This document shows positions 13,501 through 27,900 of a stretch of 64,000 nucleotides of DNA, one piece after another; position 1 is the stretch's first letter; each line of letters starts with the position of its first letter. The DNA comes from Bugula neritina. Lineage: Eukaryota > Animalia > Bryozoa. The notes beneath the pieces are model-generated. The model ran no database searches. It saw nothing but the letters and a program-made list of their open reading frames with translations, and had not been told where the DNA came from. The DNA is taken from NCBI GenBank assembly GCA_964035545.1, contig OZ037768.1, positions 4,372,741 to 4,436,740 on the forward strand, read 5' to 3'. Made by a program: the position numbers and the translations under genes.

Positions 13501-15085
13501 CTAGTATAGAGGTTAACAAGGATATCCCTGATCCACCAAAACGTACATCAAGTCTGAACAAGGCTACCTCGGTACGTTTGTACTCTGGTATAATGCATAG
13601 AATGCATGCAGCCTACTCTATATATTGACATTATGCTGTCAGCAAAATCTACTTATTTGTTTTAATTTCTATTTTGTTTTATTAGTTATTTTTACATTTT
13701 ACTACGAGTTGTTAGTTTACCTTGACCTACTTAGCAGACCGTCATAGAATATATTTTAGCTGTTTATGTGGCTGTGTTACAGCTATATATGCGTATGTTG
13801 TGCATAACATTTTACTCTGTGTAGCTGGATGAACATCCTCCCCCTGTACCACCTCGGCCACCATCCGCTTTCGACAGACAGAAATCTGCTCCTCCCGTGC
13901 CAGAGGAGGGATCTTCCAGCTCTCAGTCTCTGCGAGATAACTCCGAGGAAGATAGCTACTATGAAAACATATCCTCAAAGTAATTATCCCCCCTACTCTT
14001 GGTTTACTCCCTACTTTGTAGTAATTAGTTATCCTTCTGTTGTGTAGGAAATAGTCATGGAATAGTAACCGTGGTTGCAGCTTTACTTGGGGGAACGCAG
14101 ATGTTTTATGATCAGTAAATCATTGTAAAATTAATATGCATTTTTAAATGATTTTTTTATGTATTATGTTATATTTGTATATGCTCAGACCTATTGCTAT
14201 AAGCAAGAAGTAAGTATGCCACTATGGCTTGGCAAAGGCTGCTGTTATGATTTGTTATACATTAATATGGTTTACATTTGTACTATGCTACTCATAGTTT
14301 TCTGCTACAGTGATGGTTTAAACAGGCTTTAGCTGTAGACTTGCATGCGGTTCTCTAGCATTACTTAGCCATCAGGTTGTACCTGCTTTTGCTTGCATAA
14401 GTCAATGTCTGTTCAGTTTTAGCTTATTCCAGTTTAACAAACCTACACTTGCTTGAAGTTGCTGCTTGGTCACATAGCTTTTGTTGAGTTTTTCATCTCA
14501 CGTAGCTGATGGTGGGCGTATTATGGCTCTCTTATAATGTTTGGCATTGGTTGGTTGGGTGGGTTAGTTATGAATACTGACCAGATAACACTGGCCGTCG
14601 GTAATGAGTTTTACTAAAATATGTCTCATTCTAACCACCAGTGATGTATGTTTCAGTCCGATGAAACGAAAAAGAGAGGAGGCTGTGAAGAAGACGAAGG
14701 AGAAGATAGAGATGATGAGGGCCAAGCAACGAGCTGCAGGTACGGTGCGTGTTACTTACACATTCTGCTGTTTACTTGGCTGTAATCTACCTACCTTGTA
14801 AGTACAGTATTGGAATATAAATAGTAATCGTTTGCTGTGTAACTTCTCTTCATATACGATTAGTCAACTTAACATATTGATGCTATAGTTTATAACTTTC
14901 TACAATATTGTTTTATTTAATCTGTGTGCGTTTTCTAATTGCAAATTTTTAATTATGGTTCTTTTGTAGAAGAGGCAAAAAACAGAAGAGACGTGTTCCC
15001 ATCAAGAAGAGTCATGATTGGTGCAGGACTGACCATTGCCTTTGCCATAGGAGTCATGTACTGCGTTAGATCATATGGATTATAG
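7525..15085 (+). CDS. PTPN1: Non-receptor tyrosine phosphatase of the PTP1B/TC-PTP (PTPN1/PTPN2, Ptp61F) family with a C-terminal tail anchor
   Basis: Approximate exons 7525-7593, 8675-8774, 8867-8967, 9074-9172, 11212-11361, 11612-11854, 12182-12249, 12904-13113, 13395-13571, 13825-13979, 14657-14739, 14970-15085. Motifs NRYRDVSP, YINAS, YILTQGPLPNT, HFWLMIW, WPDFG, HCSAGIGRSG, GLIQ; hydrophobic tail VMIGAGLTIAFAIGVMYCV. Probably the co-ortholog of PTPN1 and PTPN2. Confidence 0.93.
9385..11167 (+). mobile_element. Tc1/mariner DNA transposon (DD34E type), full length but decayed, in PTP intron 4
   Basis: 27-bp TIRs CAGTGCTGTGAAAAAGTTTGAGGACGC (9385) and GCGTCCTTAAACTTTTTCACAGCACTG (ends 11167; 1 mismatch), with TA on both flanks (9383-9384, 11168-11169). 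Confidence 0.95.
9791..10816 (+). pseudogene. Tc1 transposase pseudogene
   Basis: HTH region with GRPR motif; catalytic motifs IISDKSTF, FEDDNAPCH and WPAQSWDLNPIRNSW. There are 34 residues between D2 and the E position, which here reads R. Several in-frame stops. Confidence 0.92.
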
Positions 15086-15992
15086 CTGTGCACTAACTAC
15101 AACACAATACATCTATAGACCCCAACACTGTCCTCTCTGTATTCTTTAACATTTCATAGTATATCACCTGGTTAAGTGTTGAAATATATTTGACAGCATT
15201 TTCTAGTACAGTACATACCTCTCAGTGTAGATCTCTTGTTCAGATTATCTTCAGACAATATTTGTACAAGGAGTAATTTTGTTAATTTCTTTTCATAAAA
15301 AATCTTTACTTTAACCGGGAAGGAAAATTCATGTTTAAAGGCAGTTTTATACCTGAAATATAATATAATTGATTCACCTGTTGCTAGCTATAGTTATACA
15401 TTGCAGTTAACTTTTCACAACTTCTGGAGTGTTTTGAAAGTAGGTAAATGTGCAACACGCTATACACAGATATAGGTAATACTTGTAATGCTCTGTTATA
15501 AAGTTCTACATCTTATATTTTGCTGCACTTTTTTTCTGTTTTGTTTGTTTGGTACAATAACTAACTGTACCGGACAGGCTAATGACTGTATGACTCCATA
15601 ATATTAATATGTGGGGACATTTTTTTTCTGTATTCTGAAAGTTTGTAAAATGATACGTTTTTTACAAGTAATGCAAGATTTATTCTCAGAAATAAATTAT
15701 TTCTATAAAAAAATATAGTTCATCCTTTCAAAGTGAAAGCATCAGTCAAACAAAATATAAATCACATCTATTGAGTATTGGATGTTTTGAGTAAGATTGG
15801 CTGAGCTAATACAAGTCATACTTTTTCAGCCTCAATATATAATACAATTTCTGCATATACATTGTATACAAATTAACAAAAATAATATACTATATTTTTA
15901 CTAGTGCTACTTCCTTTTTTAATTATCTGAAAAGTATTCTTAGTCTAATAGCATTGAAGTCTCACAAGCTAAGTAAACTGTAAGTTACAGTA

Positions 15993-18900
15993 TCACTTGC
16001 TCTCTCGAACAGATGCTGAACGTACTGACGGGTGTTGCAGGGGCTTGAGTAGATATGTTGTCATCAGTTCGTGCTTCCCCTTGACCGTTATCTGGCCCCG
16101 GCACTCTATTGGATAATTCTCTGCTTCTAATATTGCTGCAGTATTTTCTGTCATCTTAATTACAAAATATGCACCATTAGTTTACAGCATATCAGCATTA
16201 GTTGATTAGGGACTGATCATGTGACTCCAGCAGGAAGTATGACTAATATAATAACTACACACGGATTCCTGATGCCAAGATAATATCTGCAGTGTACTTT
16301 CATCAAAACATTGTTTACATACAGAAATATCTAATCTATGGACTCATTCTGAAACAAGCTACTAGGTTGCATACATAGTGGTGTTGGCGCGACAACTCTA
16401 CAATCACTAACTATCTCTACAACCATCTTTCACCTCTACAACCACCTTTTACCTCTACAACCACCATCTACCTCTACACTGCTGATGATATTTGTAGCTG
16501 AGTGTGGTTTTAAACCAGTTTTAATAAAAGATAAGTTTTTAATTAATGCCTTTTAAATTTAACAGCTGTCCTTGAAACTTCATAGCTCATGTTAACAATT
16601 TAAAAGATGACCCCAACTAACCTGTATAGCATCTACTACACCCTCCGAGTCCATTCGACTAGCCATATTGACAGTGTTTCCCCACACATCATACTGCGGT
16701 TTTTGAGCTCCCACAACTCCAGCTATTACAGGTCCGTGACTCAAGCCTAAAATTCAGTTTTTAGTTTTATTTTATAGTGTCTTACAAAGTGAACATGAAG
16801 CCTTTTATCAAATAAACAGTTATTTTTGTTTGACTTACCTATCCTGAGCTGAAAGTTGTTGAAAGAGTGTTTATTTATACTGTCCAACACTGAGTAAAAT
16901 GCTATGGCAAAGTCTACCATTGTCTTCACTAACTGGTGAGTGGTGCTGCTACAACACACCAACAGTAAATGTCTTACAAGCATTGTAAAGTATTTACATG
17001 CAAATAACTAAATTATAAGTATATTGGCGCATAATCTGCTCTGTTGTTTCCCAATATGTCTCCTTCACTTTGTTCTGTTACTGAATTTTTCATTGGATAT
17101 ATAAGGCCAGTGTCAATCGAGTGAAACCATAACCAAAAATCCATTTGAAGCATGAGAACTTGGTGTTGTTAGCTTTTGTTTAACCAATGCTCATACTTGA
17201 TATTTCATTACTTATAGTATACTCACACTGTAGACTCATTCACAATGTCGCCATATCCTGCGTCTGCGTAAATCTGAAGTCCGGCTGCTGCCATGTAGGT
17301 GCTGCCTACTGTCTTCATCTTCTCAATAGAACTAAACTTGGGCTTAGACAGCAGCTGTTTAAATTATAACACACAATAGGCCTATTATTATAACATACTA
17401 TAGTACACTATATCATAACATATTATAATACACTATATCATATTATAATGCACTTTATTATAACTTGTTATAATGCACAATCATAACCAATTATGATACA
17501 TTGTTGTAAGTTGTAACACATTATAATACAATATAGTATAATCTATTATAATATAATTATAAAGTGACTCATCCAAATATTCTAGCTAGCAAATAGCAAA
17601 CTTTATGCATGATCTGTAATTATAGCCATTTGAAATTCAATATGCTTTCTTTTCGAATGCCAACTCAAATGACAGGACAGTATGATGATATATTAATAAT
17701 TACATACATATATATGACACATTTTTTCATAGCTTATATTAGAAAATACGTGTTTATTAAATTAGGTGTGAAATTCCTAGATTCTTTGTAAATCCCTTTT
17801 GATAGTTCCCATAAAATAAGTGCAATATTTGAGATACATTCACTCACATGGAAATTGTCTTCTCATTATTACATACCAAATCAAAGTCGCCTATTATCTC
17901 GTTCAGAAGTCGTAAGCTCTGATTTTCCTTGTCATAATCACTGCTCATGTGAAAGAATTGATCAAAGTTTACGACTGTAGCAAACATAATGCACACATTG
18001 TCGTAGCTTTCATGGTACAACTCCTATCAATATAATAACATATATGCTTGCTGTAATAAACTGCTTATATTAGCAACAAATTTACTTATTATTTAAGTTT
18101 TTCTATAACCCAGTCAAAAATGGTTAATACATCTATAAAATTTTGGATTCACAAAATTGAAAAAGTTTTCAAGGTTAACAATTTTACATACTGTGCATAT
18201 TCACACAAAACACTATTCAAGCTAGACTATGGTGGACACATCTATGTTTACACGCTTTTATGCTTTTTAATGAAAGTGAGCTTTTTATATGATGTCTTAT
18301 AAAACTTACATTGGAAGATATTAGGTGTAATTTATTTAACAATAGGCTTACACTGATTATTATTGGACTAATTTTTTATAATTGTTCGCAGATATGAAGG
18401 AGCTTGTAACAGCATATAAATATAAACTCAAATGTATGTAAGTGTAGAACTTAGTATAAAATGGTGGCAATTTAAAATTCAAGTTAGGGAGTGCCACCAT
18501 ACAACCTTATTTCTATTCGTTCATGTGTCAGCTGCTGAAACAACACTATTCAAGCATTAGTGTAGTTATAAGTAACAAGTAATACTATTGGAGCATTAAT
18601 GTAGTTATATATGTAACAAACAATACTATTGGAGCATTAGTGTAGTTATATGTAACAAACAATACTATTGGGGCATTGGTGTAGTTAGAAGAAATAACCA
18701 ATATGATTATCTCACCCCAAGCAGCCGTCTCTCAAAGTAGTAGCTGGCCACATGTTGAGGCAGGATATTCATAAGTAGAAGCTTTGTTAAACTCTTCATT
18801 TTCTCAACCTCCAAATTTTCTACACTAAACTGAGTCCTCCATTCTCTCAAGGCTTGGCAGCCATTTTCCATCTATATGCAAAGTTAATACACTTTATGTG

Positions 18901-21900
18901 ATTCAGAAAAAACTCATAGTGCATGGTGATAAGTTATTATAAGACTTTTTCTGGAAAATTGCATGTTAAGAAACAAAACGAAAAGTCATTTTTAAGATAT
19001 TCCTAATGGATCATTGGTGTAAACGCCTATCTATAAAACCATGTTATATATATTGTTTATATTTTTAGACAACAGCTATATTACTAGTATTTGTATTGCG
19101 TGGACATAATATTTAGAAATATTAAGGGTCACCTAGCATACGCCCCTCAAACTTGATGAATGAGTATTGAATTCTGCATGCTACTAGACCCTTATGAACC
19201 TCACTGTTCTACTATTTGGTAAAAATATATGATGGTTTAGAGATTTTATATTAAATATTAGTAAATGATTAATACTAGATAAGTTCATTTACCTGCTTAG
19301 AATATAGACACATGACTGTACTTATAAATATATAGCAAACCACTGCCACCACCAAGGTTGGGATAACTCTTTCATGACTGTAACCAAAATTTATATCATG
19401 GATAAATATATCACAATGTTATATATTATTATGTATGTTGCAATAACAATGGTCATATTGCTATTATAGTTACTGATGTCACATTTACTTAATATAAAAT
19501 GAAGTTACTGCAGTCTTGGACTAAAATTTAAAAGCTGAATTTTCGAGCTATAAAATGTTTAGAAAATATTTATTGTGTAATGTTTTGGATTGATTAACCT
19601 GCAAAGTCCAAAGAGTAGTTATGATTCATTGAAAGTTATGAAATAAAAACCTAGTCTCAGTACCATCAGACTAAAGATAATTCCATGCATATTAAAATTC
19701 TACAGTATAATTTACAACTATTTTAGAGGATTTTGCAGTCGAATAGTAAACGGCAGTCTTAAGATCAGATATTTTGTCAATTTACATTATAAATAATTAA
19801 AATGTTGCTCCAGGTTCGCTAAGTGTTGACTAAACAAATCTTATTTAATTTATGGTTTGTTTTTGCAAGTTACTAAAATTTATTTATTTTATAAAGTATC
19901 ATATAATGCTTCAATACCTGTGTAATTAAGTAGAGGTTTGTTATTTTTTGGCAAAATTAGTTGATTTTACCTTTCAAGTCTGAGCAGTTCTTTATAAGGA
20001 AGAAAGTACATGGCATCTCTGCTCAGTAATAGTGGTATCAGTATAGCCAGTAGAATACTGTTTATGATTAGTTTAATTAAGGTGTTGGTATAGATAAATA
20101 AGTAGATGGGTAGTATTAACAGCATATCCCCTCCTCTAGATATCTACAAACAGTTCTTCATATGTATGCACATGTATGCTGCAACAGATAACAATGACTA
20201 TAAAAGTTATAAAATGATTGTTTGATATGGCATGATAGACAATAACAGACAATAAATAGCTGCCAATTATTATTTATTGTAGTGGCCAGCATAGTAATTA
20301 GTCCAAATAAGTAATCTACATGTAGTTTATTATAGATATATTCCTATACACATTCACATTGCCTACAACACAAATACTGCCTCATCTATATTATTATTCA
20401 TGCAGGGTGCAGAAGTGTCCTTCATTTGACAGAGGAAGAAATCTGCAAAAATATAATCCACAACTTTTACCACACCCTCTGCCATTAAACATACTAATTT
20501 ATACTCAGCAAATATGCATCTATACGTTGAAAGGGAACATGCAGTCAGGGGGATTACAAATTAGTAATGTAATGGCTATGGTATAAATAACACCAACTCT
20601 ATACCTCCAAATCACAAGAAATAAATAAAACTTTTTTAATAAAAAATTGTGACCAAATAAACAACCCATATGCTGATAACAATAATTATTTACAAATTAT
20701 CTTGTTCCTTCTCAATCAAAATCTAGGTAATTTAATAAATAATAGTTATATAAAAACACTTTGAACTATCAAATTTTAAATATACAACACAGGTAAGACA
20801 TTAGAAAATTAAACCTAATATTACATCACAGTTTTCTAGGGTGATCCTTTTTTTAAAAAATAGGTGTCATCATAATGTGAATTTTATTCGAGATGATGAA
20901 ATCAAATATTTTATTTCCGTGCATTGGAATGTGGATTGTATGTAATTTATAGCAGCAAGGTAATAGCTGTTTACTGCAATATGAACTTGACGTCACTAAA
21001 AATTATATATTTGCAAAAAATATAAAAAAGTAGATGATAAATGTTTTAATACATCATCAAAAATTGGCAAAATCTTGAGCTATAAGCCATTTAAAATTGA
21101 CTAAAAACCCTTTAATGTTAGTTTTGCAATAATAATATGACCATTAAATTTATAATACTACTGAAGGTATGCTAAATGCCTGCATACTTCAATGTAGTGA
21201 CGTACAATGTTTACCTTTGAGTTATCAACACAGACATATAGATATGTTGATACAGATAACTTACCATAAGTAGGTCAGCATCTCTGCCCACTATTTCCTT
21301 TGTGTACTCTGAGGTACAATTGGTCAGATTTGGCTCTAACGTAATCCCTATATACTACAAGAGACAGCATACAGTTGTAGTCCAAGTACAGCATGTCCTT
21401 AAATGGTGTATCAAAATAGTCAAAGGATCTCTAATAATTAGCATGTGAAATTTTAAAATTATTCAAAATCTCGCACACTTACCCAGTTATACAACTACTA
21501 CTTAACTTATTTTCATGTTATATTTTGTTTGTTTTCTTGTATAGCAAATCAGAAATACCTCATTAAATAAAGTACTGCAAAATGTAGGTAAAATCTGAAA
21601 AAATTACCAGACTAACCATAATAATATATTTTTTATTCCTTATGGTTTCATAAAGTAATATTTAAGTTATTTCACTTCTTCACAGTGTTTGAACTGCTGG
21701 TTATAAGATAGTATAGTAAGGTGCATAATATTTACCTGAGTAATTAATATGTAGGATGTGTGGATTAGGACACTGTAAGTTAATAACAAGTAGTAGGCTA
21801 TCAGCAAATACTTCTTCCGTGGTTTTCTGCCCTGGAAGTAGATTTAAAATGAGCTCATCAACAGGGAGTTACATGGTGTTTTCTTCTCTATGGTATAATA

Positions 21901-24900
21901 TATAGATCACTTCTAAACAGACTGGACATCTACTGCATACTTCTAAAATATTTTGTCATCAGTATATAAACTGATAATTCTTTTCTTAGGGCCACACGTT
22001 ACAAGGTCAAGTAAAAATTATGCCATACCTATATAAGTTGTATAACTGTTTATGGCTTGATTGAAATTACTAAAAGCATATAAAACAAAATTATTCTCGC
22101 TGCATTTGAAATAAAGTCTACATCGCCCCGTAGGTGCATTAATTAACTGTGTGGGCATTTTAAGTTAACTATATATATTTGATTAATGACCTTTGAAAAT
22201 AAGGCATAGAATCAATTAAAGGTGGACGTACTGTGAAGAAACTGCAAGTAAAGTTAAAACTGTTAATCAAGACAAGTTCTTATCCGAGTAAAGTCCTGGT
22301 CAAGTTTAGCAACAACTTAAGTTTAATGAGTCAATTCAAATAAATTGGTGAGCAAATCAGTGTGCCTGGGTGTATACATGTATTAGGACGAATATTAAAT
22401 CCTAAAAGCCTGTCAACATTATTAACGATTCATATTTTTTAGATTCATGTCCATAATTTTTGCCAATAATTCATCCTTAATTTTCAACTACAAATATGAA
22501 GCTTTTAGCAATTTTAGATACAAAAATATTTATGCTGCATACCAAAAATAACCTTTTTTAGTTGTGTCACATGTGTGTTATTCAGTGCTGTTACAGCATA
22601 CCAGTAAACCGTCCATGTTTTATTTTAAAAACCTAAATGATCATTTGTTATTTATTTTATAGACAAAAAAGTAACTTTTATTCACTTTATTCCAGATGGG
22701 TGAAAGCAACACGGCTACTATAATTGAGTGATATCATGGTTTAAATTCAAACTAATCATTATGAATATTACCTAAGTGCTCAGGTGAGGCAGTGTAGTCA
22801 TATGGATTATCACAATAATAAACTCAACGCACCTGGTTATGCTTTCGCTCCGAATAAAAGAATATTACAAATCCAACGAATATTATGCAGACACTTGACA
22901 TGATTTTCACAGAAAAATGGCTGAAATAAAGCATGTATATAAAATATAGATTATGTAGTGCAGCTGGCTTATAAAACATGCATACAATTTACATAGAAAT
23001 ATTATAGCATGTATAATTTATTTTCATAGAAATATGATGCTGATACAGTTATTGCGAGACTTTAGATGTGATAATTTGCATATAGTTCCATTTCATAAGT
23101 TTTATGGCTTTGAAAAAAGCTTTTGTTTGATTACAATACAGGACTATATAGAAACTATTGTAAAACCAGTTTTAATTGGCTAAAGAGATGCAGCAAACCA
23201 AATTGAACAGAGCAGTGTAAGCTTGGAAGTGTTTGTGACACTAGAAAGCAGGATATATAATTTAGTATAAAAACCAACATTCCTACCTGTGAAATATTGT
23301 GCAATTCAATATGGCAATAAACAGGAAATATATGAGGAGAGTGAGGGAGAGAAGTGGAGCGGATTCCGCTTGCAAGCTAAGAGCAGTTGAGTCACAGACA
23401 GCATGAGCTCTTGGCTTACTCCTCATTTCAAAGCAACAGCTGTCAAGCTGCCGTTTTAAACATGGCCGACAGTCTGCTCTCAATGGTTTGGAAAGAAATG
23501 TAGAATCCACTGAAGCCTCCAACATATCGTAACTCTATAATATACACAGTTGTCTCATATATCCCACCTGCTGTATAAACTTAATGGCATTAGCCTGATT
23601 CTATGTAAATCATGAAATATCCATAGCAGGAAACATTTCAACACAAATTTATAAATATATTCACAGGAAAACTATTAATTACAAATAAATTTAATAAATG
23701 CTCAGATATCCACTTTATACTAAGTAATCAATTAATTACGTCAACCTTTAGCTGTTGATAATAAATGTTGAGTTTTTAATTTATGGACATTTTATCCATC
23801 AAAATATTGACAAATTTCGCCACTCACTCTCAACATGATTGTATCCTTAGAATGATTACAAGCTGACAAATCTTCAAATGGTTTTGGTGCTCCCCAAGTT
23901 TGCAAGAAAGTGCAGAGCTGTTGAGTGGAAGAGTTGTTAGTAAACGACTTGGTTCTTTGAAATGCTATCTTCTTCTCCTAAGCATAAAAGTTTAATACAA
24001 TTACATCTATTAGTATTGAGCTGGTGTGACAATGGGACCAAGGGCTAAATAATATACTTGAGTATAATGCTGCAGCTAAAATAGTTTCATCATGTTATAC
24101 TTACATGACAATGTCATATTTACTGCAATATGCAAGGGTGTGCAGGCATTTGAAATTGAAGTTCTCACATCATTGGCAACTGATTAAAGAATATTGGATA
24201 AAAACATTCTTGAGTTCTATTAAATTTAAGAAGTTTCATCTTTTTGTTATAGTGCCATTCACAGTGGCTGATGACTCATGACTTGACTGGACAGACTTCT
24301 ACAGAGTGTTGAGATTACCCAGTGGTCGACCTGTGGTGAAATGGTTAGTGAACTTGCTTGCAAGCCATAAGTCTCGAGTTCAAATCCCAGTGAAGGCAAA
24401 AATTTTATAGAGACCCCAGGGTGTAAATACAACTTTATAATACATCCAACATAAAAAGAAGTTTACATCACAATGTTAGTATACACTTACAACTGGGCTA
24501 CTGCAGCTAATGACTTGAGTTACATAATAGGTTTGATGAGCTTCGTCATGAGCATCTACTACAGCCGGTTGAACCTGAGTGAAGGAATAGGCTTCAGAGA
24601 GCTGAGACTTAGTGACCTCAGATATGTGAACTTTCCTATAAACACGAAATAACTAAGATTAGCTGTCCTTTAATCCTACAACTAGCTGTAAATATGTGAT
24701 AGATTACAACTAGTCCACCACAGCATTACTTCTCGCATCTAGGATTATTGCGTGCGCACTTAATTAATGTTTATTTAGATACATACAGTATAGAAGTCAG
24801 GCTAGGAAGCAAGATAGGTCAAATAGAAGATCATGGTGCTGGCTCAACTCTGCATAGTTTTAGTCAGTAAAATCTGAACTCACAGGGTGATTTGTATGAA

Positions 24901-27900
24901 AAATTGCAAATTATACCTTTTTATACGCACAATATATACTCATACAATGCTGTAGTAACAAGTTATGTTGTTAAACGACAGCACATGTGTATAAATAGTA
25001 AACTTGTCATCTATTAACATCTGCATACTTTTAGCTTGCATTGTTTAATAAAAGCAGACGAACCCCGGAACTCCGGTAGATTCTAGAAAGTTTGCATAGA
25101 CCACATCTTCAGACCAGATGTCATACTTCCACTTTGTCATTCCGAGAACACCACAGAGAACATTCCCGCTGTGTATCCCTATTCTCATGTCTAAGACACT
25201 TGCTGTAGACTCTTGTATAGATCTATAAGAAGGGCATTGTCAAATGATTACTGCGGGTTTCTAGTATGCAGAGTTGTAATATACAACTTTGTGCTATACT
25301 ACATTGTAATATGCTTCTTTGTAGTATAATATTTTCTTTATCCCACTTTGTAATATGCTACTATAATTTGTGAAATTTATGCGTTTATTACATATGTAAT
25401 GTTTGGTTATCATCAGATATTATTTCAAAGCCCAGACCTAACAATAATTATTATTGTCACCAAAAATGTTTACAATTACTATTGCTGCAATCAAAACCAG
25501 GTATTTGCCCAACAAACAACTGCTCAATAAGTACCTGCTCAACAAGTACCTGTTCAACAAGCACCTGCTCAACAAGTACCTATGTAGTACAAGTGCTTAA
25601 CCTTTACTTTAATATGTTTGGTAATATTGTCCAACTGAATTCTTCATAACTTTCACGGGTGACCTAATCCAAATCTATTTGATTTATAAGCAATATATTA
25701 TCTTTCTAGAATTAATTAAATTGTAACAGCTAAAATGTGCACAGAGGAATTTTAAATATGAAGCACACATGCAGTGCCAAAATTGCTACATTTATAAAAT
25801 ATTAGTATCATCAAGTATAATTATATTATACCAATATTAGTATAGCTTTTTATGAACTAATAGCATAGGCATACTTCTAATATAGCTATGCATAATTATT
25901 AGACAATAAAATTGTCATCTTTTTATTAAGCGTATGAGTTGAATATGACAAGAATTGACTATATATAGCCTGAGTCAAATGTGTATAAGTAAGAGTATTA
26001 TATCACTTGGTCTATGTTTGAGCACACTTTGTACTATTAAGCTTAAACACAAATTAACTAGGTCATCTACCCACTTGATGGCTTGTATCATTTCTAGCCC
26101 GGTTTTCACAGCATTCTCAGCATGTTGGGGACGGGAAACTGGCATCCCTGATACACAGCAATAGCAGTCACCAAGTGTTTTAATCCTCATGCAATCATTC
26201 ACCTGTGACAGAAAACGGTTGGAATTATCCTTAGACTATAGCCAGTTTAGTCATTTCTTAGTGCATATACATCAAGATATGGAAACAGAAACAGATAAAC
26301 ATCATATGTACAGTAGAGGATCAAATAAAATTATCTGATTAGCAAAATTTAAATCTTGGTAAACACAACACGAGTGGCAATTAAACCTCAAAATAGAACA
26401 TTACTAGTTTATTGTAGGCCTCTGTGTGTAAAACCCCATGGTGTCAGGTGCTAGTTTTAGAAAATAAGGTTGGTAAAAAATATGATTCAACAACCCCTGA
26501 GTTGCAGCTGATTATTGTTGATTGGGTAACTTGTACAAAAGTAATATACCACAGGTTTGTTCTAGACTAATGTAGTAGCAGCATTTTGCTGCAATCAGAT
26601 GAATCTATGTATTATCAATCATTTTATTTAATAAAATATTCTATAATTATAGTATAGTATATTATAATAATATAACAAAGTACTAAAATCAACAGAATAT
26701 AATATAATAGAGGATAATCTACTAGAATATAATGTTACACAGTATGTCATAGAGAATATAGTGCAATATAATACATACAAAAATATACAACATCTAATAT
26801 AATATATATAAGGTTATGTGTTGAAAAAGAAAAAGAAATTATAACTATTGCCTATAGTAGAGTTTTAATTTTTATTTTAGCCATGCTTACCAAAAATAGC
26901 TAATAAAATAGAATAAGCCATCAACAACCATTAAACAAAATAATATATGTAGCGTATATTAAGGACAGACTTGAATATAAATTGCTGAATTATTCAAACA
27001 ACTGCTGACTCATACTGCTGACTCATACTGCTGACTCATACTTCTGACTCATACTGCTGACTCATACAGACAACTGCTGACTCATACAGACAACTGCTTA
27101 TTTACAAATACTTTACAATATTCTGTATATTGGAGCTGAAGTAAATATTGAAATGTGTTGTTTATATTCATTACTCAGTTCATGCATACACTTTCAGTTA
27201 CATGGAGTTACACAGTAAAACTCAGTTTATGTTGTTATGTAGGTATATATGAATGTATGTATGTGTAAGTAGTTAATGTTTGTCATTGTCATAACATAAA
27301 ATTTGAAAAACTTTCAAGACTGCAGAGTCAGCCATGCTACATAATATTACTCAACGCAGTATTTAAATATGAAGCATCACGTGCATATGACTTTAAAATG
27401 AGCACATTGAAGTGTAATATGTTGTGCACGTTTCTAAATGTGTTTTTATTTTATCCATGTTTACATAAATCACTTATACAGAAATCAAACAGAATTAACC
27501 CAAACCTTATAAATAACTACTAAGAAATTTTTAGCATTTTAATACTTTAGCATTTCATGCCAGAGATTAAAGTTGCAAAATAGGCCACAAGTGTAGATTT
27601 GTCCATAAAATTATTAATCATATGTTTTTTTTTATAATTAGCGAATACCATATGCTGATGACTTTAAGTATAATATTTTTCATGATTATGAGAAGATTTC
27701 AATTAATCTGTAAGTTGACTTTAGTATAAGTTATAGGCCATCAACTGGAAAACACTTCTCGTGTTATTCTTAATAGCACAATATTGTTTGGTTCGATCTT
27801 TCCCACAGTAATTAAGGACACATTTCAACAACCACTACGAACCTCTTGAAATACACCATAGTGATATATTGGAAGATTTTTTAAAAAAAGTAACACAATA

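Noticed and set aside
18555-18690. Short ~42-bp tandem repeat (other small ones at ~16415, 25520, 30410, 43060)
   Set aside because: Ordinary intronic slippage repeats with no unique spacers, so not CRISPR-like.
19123-19194. Short inverted repeat TAAGGGTC...TAGCAT / ATGCTA...GACCCTTA
   Set aside because: Possibly a MITE remnant, but too short and only one copy in the window.
24325-24402. Functional tRNA-Cys gene
   Set aside because: The acceptor stem does not pair convincingly and similar heads occur in SINE-like contexts, so I called it SINE-derived.
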